In this document: one piece after another, positions 56,777 to 64,000 of the stretch
Layout of the letters: the number at the start of each line of letters is the position of its first letter
Position numbering within the stretch: position 1 is the first letter of the stretch
Assembly (NCBI GenBank): GCA_951406725.2
Contig: CATOCA020000001.1
Location: 992,001 to 1,056,000 of the forward strand
Reading direction: 5' to 3'
Source of the DNA: Octopus vulgaris
Lineage: Eukaryota
Length of the DNA: 64,000 nucleotides
Translations under genes and position numbers: made by a program
Notes under the pieces: model-generated
Database searches by the model: none
Told to the model about the DNA's origin: nothing
The model's input: only the letters and a program-made list of their open reading frames with translations

Positions 56777-57626
56777 GCGGTTGTATCAAAATTTCACGGA
56801 CAAACTCCATAGCGCCCCAACGCTTGGATGCACACAATTGTAAGCACGGTGATAGCGAGCAGTGACCTTCAGGAAGTAGTATGCTGAGTAACATCGATGT
56901 GTATACTTCACACGATGTGGAATTTGTATTTTTGTGATGACGTGTATGAACAGGACGGGTATGGAAGAAAGAACCAACATGAAATTTTGCGTAAAAATTG
57001 GGAAGTCTGCTATAGAGAGATGGAGCATTATTCGGCAAGCTTATAGCGATGAGACAACGGGTCGTACATAATGTTTCGAGTGCACAGATGCACGACAGAA
57101 TGACAGCTTAATCAAGAGAATTTTCAATATTGTTTCTACATCATCGGGTTGTGCATTGAGAATTCGAACCCCAAGTCCAAAAGAGGGATCAACTGCGACA
57201 TTTTAAAGCTTTTCAAGGATGACATTCGAGAAAACTGACTGGATTTGTGGTGCGCGAATTATTGGAGTTTTCACAACGACAATGTACTCTGTCACCACAC
57301 TCGTGGGTTTCTTGCCAAAAGCAACATGCTATCGCTTCCGTGCATGTCCTTTTTGCCAGATTCAGCACCTGGTGACCTCCATCTCTTCCCCAAGAATAAA
57401 ATACAGTACAAAGATCGTGATCAATAGGAAATTTAACACCGTTGTTGAGATCAAGATGTCCTCAAGAGGCCGGATCCCAAAAGTGTCAAGAATGCTGGAT
57501 CGGGTGTATTCGAAAATCTTGCCGGTGTATTCCTGGACACGGTGACTTTACCGAAGGAGATGAAGTTAATATAAGTTAGTTTTATTAATCATAACTCATC
57601 CAGGAACATTACGATGCCACTTTGTA
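56775..57626 (+). mobile_element. Internally deleted mariner remnant, paralogous to 42503-43285
   Basis: Colinear similarity including the same internal deletion junction. Confidence 0.85.
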
Positions 57627-57759
57627 TGTATACGATGGGTTTCTTTTAGTTACCTTGAACAACTATACACGAGTTTGTTGTGCTGTAAGCCAGAGTACAC
57701 GCAGTGGGACTGAATACAGTAGAAATATTATATCACATTCATGCCAACACCTAATCGTA

Positions 57760-57793
<34 letters not shown>

Positions 57794-57796
<3 letters not shown>

Positions 57797-58899
57797 GTTT
57801 CAACACGAAATTGTCACCATTACCTTTTTATTTCCGCGCATGCGCATTCTTTGTTTTTGAGTTTGTCGACCACTCAGTATAGTATGATCAGTTGGGTACC
57901 GTCTGTGAGAAAAACAGCGCCATGTCGTAATTCACTCTGCCAGATATTTTGGAAACGACATGCTGTACTGCTTGGCATTCGCACCGAAAGATCTAATATG
58001 AACATTTCAGAGTGTTTGGGTGTCAGTCTGAGGAATGTTCAATCCGAGGACATGTACTCCGACTGATAAAAATCAAGCATCCAGTCAACATCATGGTATT
58101 TGGAACGATCACTTGTGATGGTGAAATTATGCTTTCACTCACGGTTTCAGAATTAAGGCGGCGAGTTGGCAGAAACGTTAGCACGTCGGGCGAAATGCTT
58201 AGCGGTATTTCGTCTACCGCTACGTTCTGATATCAAATTCCACCGGGGTCAACTTTGCCTTTCAATCTTTCGGGGTCGAGTAAATTAGTACCAGTTACGC
58301 ACTGGGGTCGATATAATCGACTTAATCCGTTTGTCTGTCCTTGTTTGTCCTCTCTGTGTTTAGCCCCTTGTTGGTAGTAAAGAAATAGGTTTCAGACGGA
58401 GGTCTACATCAAGTGCCTGGAGATGGTCGTGCTTCCCTGGAGCAATGGGATGGCTGCTGGAAGATCCTATCTCAGGCAGCAAGACTCTGTACCATGCCAT
58501 ACAACCAGCAGAACCCAGCCATGGCTGTCAGACAAATTCTGCGACCACATCACCCCTAAAGTCACGCGATCTAACTCCTCAGACTGGAACCCCCTTGATT
58601 ATCATGCATGGTGCGCAGTTGACTGAGAGGTCAGCAAAACCCCTTGTAACATCAAAGATAAACTGAATACAAGGATTATGGCGGTATTCACGAAATTAAA
58701 CAAGGTGACCGTCGAGAGGAGTTGCAGGAGATTCCGAAGCTGACCGGAAGACGTGGTTGAAGCCAATAGCGAATTTATTGAATACATTTACTTTCAAGAT
58801 ATTTTTCTATTGTTTTGGTAAATATACCTGTTAAAATGGGATGTCAGTGTCATTTTCATATTTGCATAATTTAGATGACACTATATTTACCGTACCCTG
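57794..58899 (+). mobile_element. Tc1/mariner remnant with nested SINE (58152-58387, TSD ggtttcaga)
   Basis: TA-flanked cagg.../...ccctg ends; KHPVNIMVFG, QQDSVPCH and SSDWNPLDY motifs. Confidence 0.82.
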
Positions 58900-58901
58900 T
58901 A

Positions 58902-58973
<72 letters not shown>

Positions 58974-58989
58974 GTGTGTGTGTGTGTTG

Positions 58990-61320
58990 TGTGCGTGTTT
59001 GTTTTGTGTGAGGATGCTCTTGAGTGCTACTGGTAAATCTTCCTATAGATGATACACAAGATAGCAATCCCTCCACACTATCTATGAAAAACCACATTAT
59101 CCACATATGGAATGAAAAACGTAAAGCCAGAAACTCTTCTTTCTCGAATACGATTAAAAACAACCTCAAGGCAGAAATCTACGAACGCTGGTTAAACTCT
59201 ACACCAATAATTTTGCCTCGTAAATTCGAAATTCAACGTATTCCAAAGAAGCCGACAACGGAAGTACGGTAGTAGTAATGAATAAAGATTACTACAAAAA
59301 TTTTATACTTTCCATGTTGGAAAATAATATTTACTATGAGAAATTAATACATAACAACCCACAGTAAACGCTGAAAAACTTGCCCTCCTTACTCCAAATT
59401 CATGGAAAGGGTCTCACTAACCTTTAAATAGACTTTTTACCCAATTGTAAATACAGTCCTAGTCTATTCTACGGACTACCCCAAAAACATAAAAATCCAC
59501 ACATTTGTGAAGCCTGCAAAGTCTCTACAAGCCTTTGCATTAATGTCCCTCCCCCTACTGACCTCAAACTGAGACCTCTCATAGGTGGCCCTTCTTGTGA
59601 AACCCACCATTTGAGCAACTTCCTCGACATCTTACTCAAAACCTTTTTTTAAAAATATGTGAAAAGCTTTATCAGGGATGACCTAGACATGCTGAACCAC
59701 CTCCCGAATACAGTAAAGGAAGGAACGCTGCTGGTATCTTTCGATGTGGTGAATCTGTACACCAATACCCCACACGACTATGGTATAGAAGCAAACACAG
59801 AAAAATACGCAGAAGAGATCTCAGGATGCATAAACCACAGAGTCATATTGAAAGCACTCAAATACATCTTGCTGAACAACTATTTCATGTTCGATACAAC
59901 TTACTATCGACAAAAATGTGGAATTGCAATGGAAACCAGAGCTGCTGCAGTGATTGCAAACCTTGTAATGGGTTACCTAGAACTTAAGTTATACCAATCA
60001 TCACTAGAAAATTATGGCGCCTCTTTAAATTGCTATTTAAAGGAGAACTGGATGAGGTATTTGGATGATTGCTTCATACTTTGGAAAGACAGCATAGTCA
60101 AACTCCTTGATTTGAAAGTAATGCTTAACAACAGTTAACAACTCCCTTTCTAAAAATTTTAATTAAAATAGTTAACAACCACATAGAAACAGACATATTT
60201 TATAAACCCACAGATTCTAAACAATACCTATTGTTTGACACCCCAAACACATAAAAATTAATACACCTTTTAATCTAGCGAAAAGAATCTGTACCATAGT
60301 TTCGGATACATATACTCGTGAATAAGACTGCTTGAAATTAGATCAACACTAACTAAAAGACATTAAAAGAGCTAAGGAAATAGATATACAAATATTAAGG
60401 CAGGTCAACCGATATACTAGACCAGATATAAAAATACTCCCATAGATTTCCACACATAACCCTAGAAACAACGAAGCCTTCAATATTATCACCCAAAATT
60501 TTCCCATCCTCACAGGAGACAAAACGACGAACAAAATTTAAAGCTCATACAAAATTTAAAAAAGCAAACTACAACCGAATTCATTGAAAAACAATTAACC
60601 AGCGCAAGACTATATCTACTAACAACAGAGCCAAAAGAGAAAAAATGTGATCGTCTCAACTGTGGAACATGTCCCAACCTTTTGGAGGATTCAGAAATCC
60701 ACTTCAAACAAGAGGAAATATTTAAGATCAATTCAAATTTCACCTGACACTCGGAAAATCTAATCTATAGCATGACATGCTTAGGATGTGGTAACCACTA
60801 TATTAGACAAACAGGAATATCACTCCGTTGAAGAACAACCATCCATAAGGAACAAATTCACCAACCACAATACAGACAGTTACAGGTTAGTGAACACATA
60901 CAAAGGTGTGCTAGGAATCTTAATCGTTTTTTCCAAATTTTCCACTTCTATCAATCTTCACAGAACACATCAATGCAACAAAGGTTGAATAAATAGGCAA
61001 TTTTCATCAATAAATATCTTCCCCAACTGAATATAAAGACACAACTTAATACAGAACTCTACTATCCCTTCAATTAACACCATAAACCACTACACATTCC
61101 TTACAAAATTCAGATTCAAATCCTATATCTAACCTTACTGCACAAAATTCAGAACTACTTACCTCCCTTACAAATAATCTTTTTATTCAGGCACTATTAG
61201 ACGTAACACCGTTCATTAGCCGGTGTTCATTCAAAGCAATGAATGGCTTATGACGAAAGCATGGCATGCTTTCTGACTCTTTAATCATCTCATAATAATG
61301 ACTTTTATGACTCTTATTAC
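58990..61320 (+). mobile_element. Penelope-like element (RT + GIY-YIG), same family as 53422-55320
   Basis: LVSFDVVNLYTN, YLDDCF, YKPTD, CGTCPNL motifs; colinear with the 53.4-kb copy. Confidence 0.9.
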
Positions 61321-61606
61321 TACCTCAGTCCATCTAAACGTATATATATGTCGTTACCTTTCATAAAAATTTTTTTTGTTTTATTTACAATGTGCATTTT
61401 CGTTGATTTTTCATAATTTCCCCTTACATTTCGACGTGTATTTTCTATTTTCTTCTTGTAACATATTTCTAATATATATATATAACATATTTCTACTATA
61501 TATACATATATATATATATATATAATAATATATATGTATATACATACATGCATACATACATACATATACACATACACATATACACACATACATACATACA
61601 TACATG

Positions 61607-61638
<32 letters not shown>

Positions 61639-62307
61639 CATACATATATATATACATACATACACATATATAGAAATGCATACGCTATATATACACTATC
61701 AAAATACGGGTGTATATGTTTTCAGATCTGCGAGCCTCTGAAACATTGCGTCCTCGAGTAAAACGAATTTGCTTTCCGAAATCCGATTCCCAAGGTAAAC
61801 ATCGTCCATAAAATATAATAAATATCATATTCCTCCACGTGAAATAACCCAACTTTGAGATCTCAACCTCCCACTCAATATCTATCACTACCCATGTATC
61901 TCATATTTGCCATACTATTTGATGCTCCCTCTCCCTCTCTCACTCTGTGTGTGTATGTGAATTAAAAATCAATCATTGCTTTCATTTTGTTTAAAATCTC
62001 CTACTTCTACTTTATGATACAAATGTTCACACACAAACAGCTTCGCTTCCAAATCTTGTTTTCTGATTGGGTAAAAATGATAAAACTTCGAACCTCTGAT
62101 GTGTTTTCTAAACTTGTTCTCGACTAAATCAATAAATTTCAAAATTTCCACATAATTTTAAAATTTCAAATTCTGTGACAGAAGGCGAAAAGTTCGCTCT
62201 CTAGTAGCTTATTTCTTTCCTTTTCTCATAGTAAACCTTCCTACACTTTATGAAAGTATATCGCTCACACTAAGTGTGTGTTGTGTTCCGAATGTGTGTC
62301 GTGTTCG

Positions 62308-62344
<37 letters not shown>

Positions 62345-62445
62345 TGTGTCTCTGCGTGTGCCATTATGTCTGCGTGCGTGGATGTAAGAATGAGTGCGTA
62401 TTTTTGTGCGTTATTGTGTGTATACCTATGTGCATAAGAATTATA

Positions 62446-62482
<37 letters not shown>

Positions 62483-62549
62483 TAGCTGCAGGTGACCCGC
62501 TCTATGCGCGGGTAAGAGTGTGGTTGTTACATTCTGTTGCTTCCTTTCA

Positions 62550-62860
62550 GCACGTAAAAAGCACCATCCGAACGTGGCCGATTGCAGAACCGCCTTGACT
62601 TGCTTCTCTGCCGGTGGCACGTAAAAAGCACCAACCGATCGTTGCCGCTGCGAGCCCCCCTGGCACCTGTGCCGGTGGCACGAAAAAAGCACCCACTACA
62701 CTCACAGAGTGGTTGGCGTTAGGAAGGTCATCCACCTGTAGAAACACTGCCAGATCAGACTGGATCCATGTGCAGCCTCCTGGCGTCCCAGACCCCGGTC
62801 ACACTGTCCCACCCGTGCTAGCACGGAAAACGGACGTTAAACGATGATGATGATGATGAT
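62550..62860 (+). mobile_element. SINE/RTE-tail-like repeat with three cacgtaaaaagcacc subrepeats and (GAT)n tail
   Basis: About 60-bp tandem subunits, ggacgttaaacgatgatgatg end. Confidence 0.7.
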
Positions 62861-63695
62861 TCTCCGTATTTGTTTCTCTCTCCTTTCTCTCTCACTTTCC
62901 CACTCTCTTACTTTTCTTTTCTCTCGGACTCTCCCTCGCTTTCTCTTACTCTCTATCTTTATCTATCTCTCTCCCATTTATAAACAACGAAAGATCTTGA
63001 GTAAGTTTAGAAATAAAATATTTAGAAAATCAATCAGAAATATGAGGCAGTGGCAATGGAAAGGTCTGCTTGAAGGCAGACAGCAAAACGCTAACATTTA
63101 AAAGGGACAGACGAACTTGCAAGCTGAATAAAAATAATAAAATATTGGAAAGCAAGTTTGAAGGGATAGAATGTGAGGATAGTAGAGTCACCATGAATGG
63201 CATTTCTTAACGACGGACAGCAACGTAGTGACAGTTTAACGGCTGGCGTAAAATTTTGAACTTGATGTATAAGAAAATTCGTAAACACCAAGTTTTGAAG
63301 TGATTCTTTCTCACGACAGTAGACTCACCATGGCAAGCATTCAAAACTTCTTTATCATGGACGGCAACACATTGACGATTAAAAGGCTGGCGCAATTTTT
63401 TTAGCTTGATGTAACAGAGAATTCCTAAACACCCGCTCCTTGAAATTTTAATCCCCTTCCAGCCCCATTTAGACCCCTTTTCACATTTTGGTTCATATAA
63501 CCCGATTTCATTCGGGTTTACTGGGGCCACATTTTATAAGATGAGGAATTTTGTCCTAGAGGTGACGCCTTTCATTTGAGGAAAAAATAGTTGTCATGCA
63601 AACTTGCCAGCAATTTTTACATAGGTGTGCATATTTTCAGCTGAATCGACCGAATACGTAATGCACACATTATATATATATATGTGTATATTTAT

Positions 63696-63840
<145 letters not shown>

Positions 63841-64000
63841 TGAATACAGTGTACATTTAAACACATAAGATGTATCCGTCATAGGATTTGCTGCACGCCA
63901 GAAGGAACAGCTAAAATCCAAACCGCAATTAGGGATAATCATCGAAGGGAATGAAAATTATAAAACACTTAACTCTATCTCCTAGACAACGGATTCAGAT

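Noticed and set aside
62550-62700. CRISPR-like spaced repeats (cacgtaaaaagcacc x3)
   Set aside because: Internal subrepeats of a eukaryotic SINE; spacers related to each other; no cas genes

Overview
AT-rich, microsatellite- and transposon-dense animal genomic DNA; the SINE families and repeat landscape look cephalopod, probably Octopus (inference). The main feature is a minus-strand multi-exon adhesion GPCR gene. I traced 16 GT-AG exons (44693 down to 1961, about 690 codons) whose splice phases join consistently except at one frameshifted exon. The architecture is LRR-LRR-LRRCT, a 12-Cys Ly6/uPAR three-finger domain, an SEA-like segment, HormR, GAIN/GPS (HL|TSFAVLM) and TM1. I found neither the signal-peptide/LRRNT exons nor TM2-7 in the window. 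One GAIN exon has a 1-nt frameshift in an A5 run, and one acceptor looks shifted, so this is either a sequence error or a decaying copy. Introns and flanks hold Gypsy, Penelope, R4/Dong-like, Tc1/mariner, Helitron and tRNA-derived SINE elements. They include a Gypsy element inserted into a Helitron ORF with a recoverable target-site duplication, and several hammerhead-ribozyme-like motifs in short elements embedded in (TA)n, some of them fold-backs.
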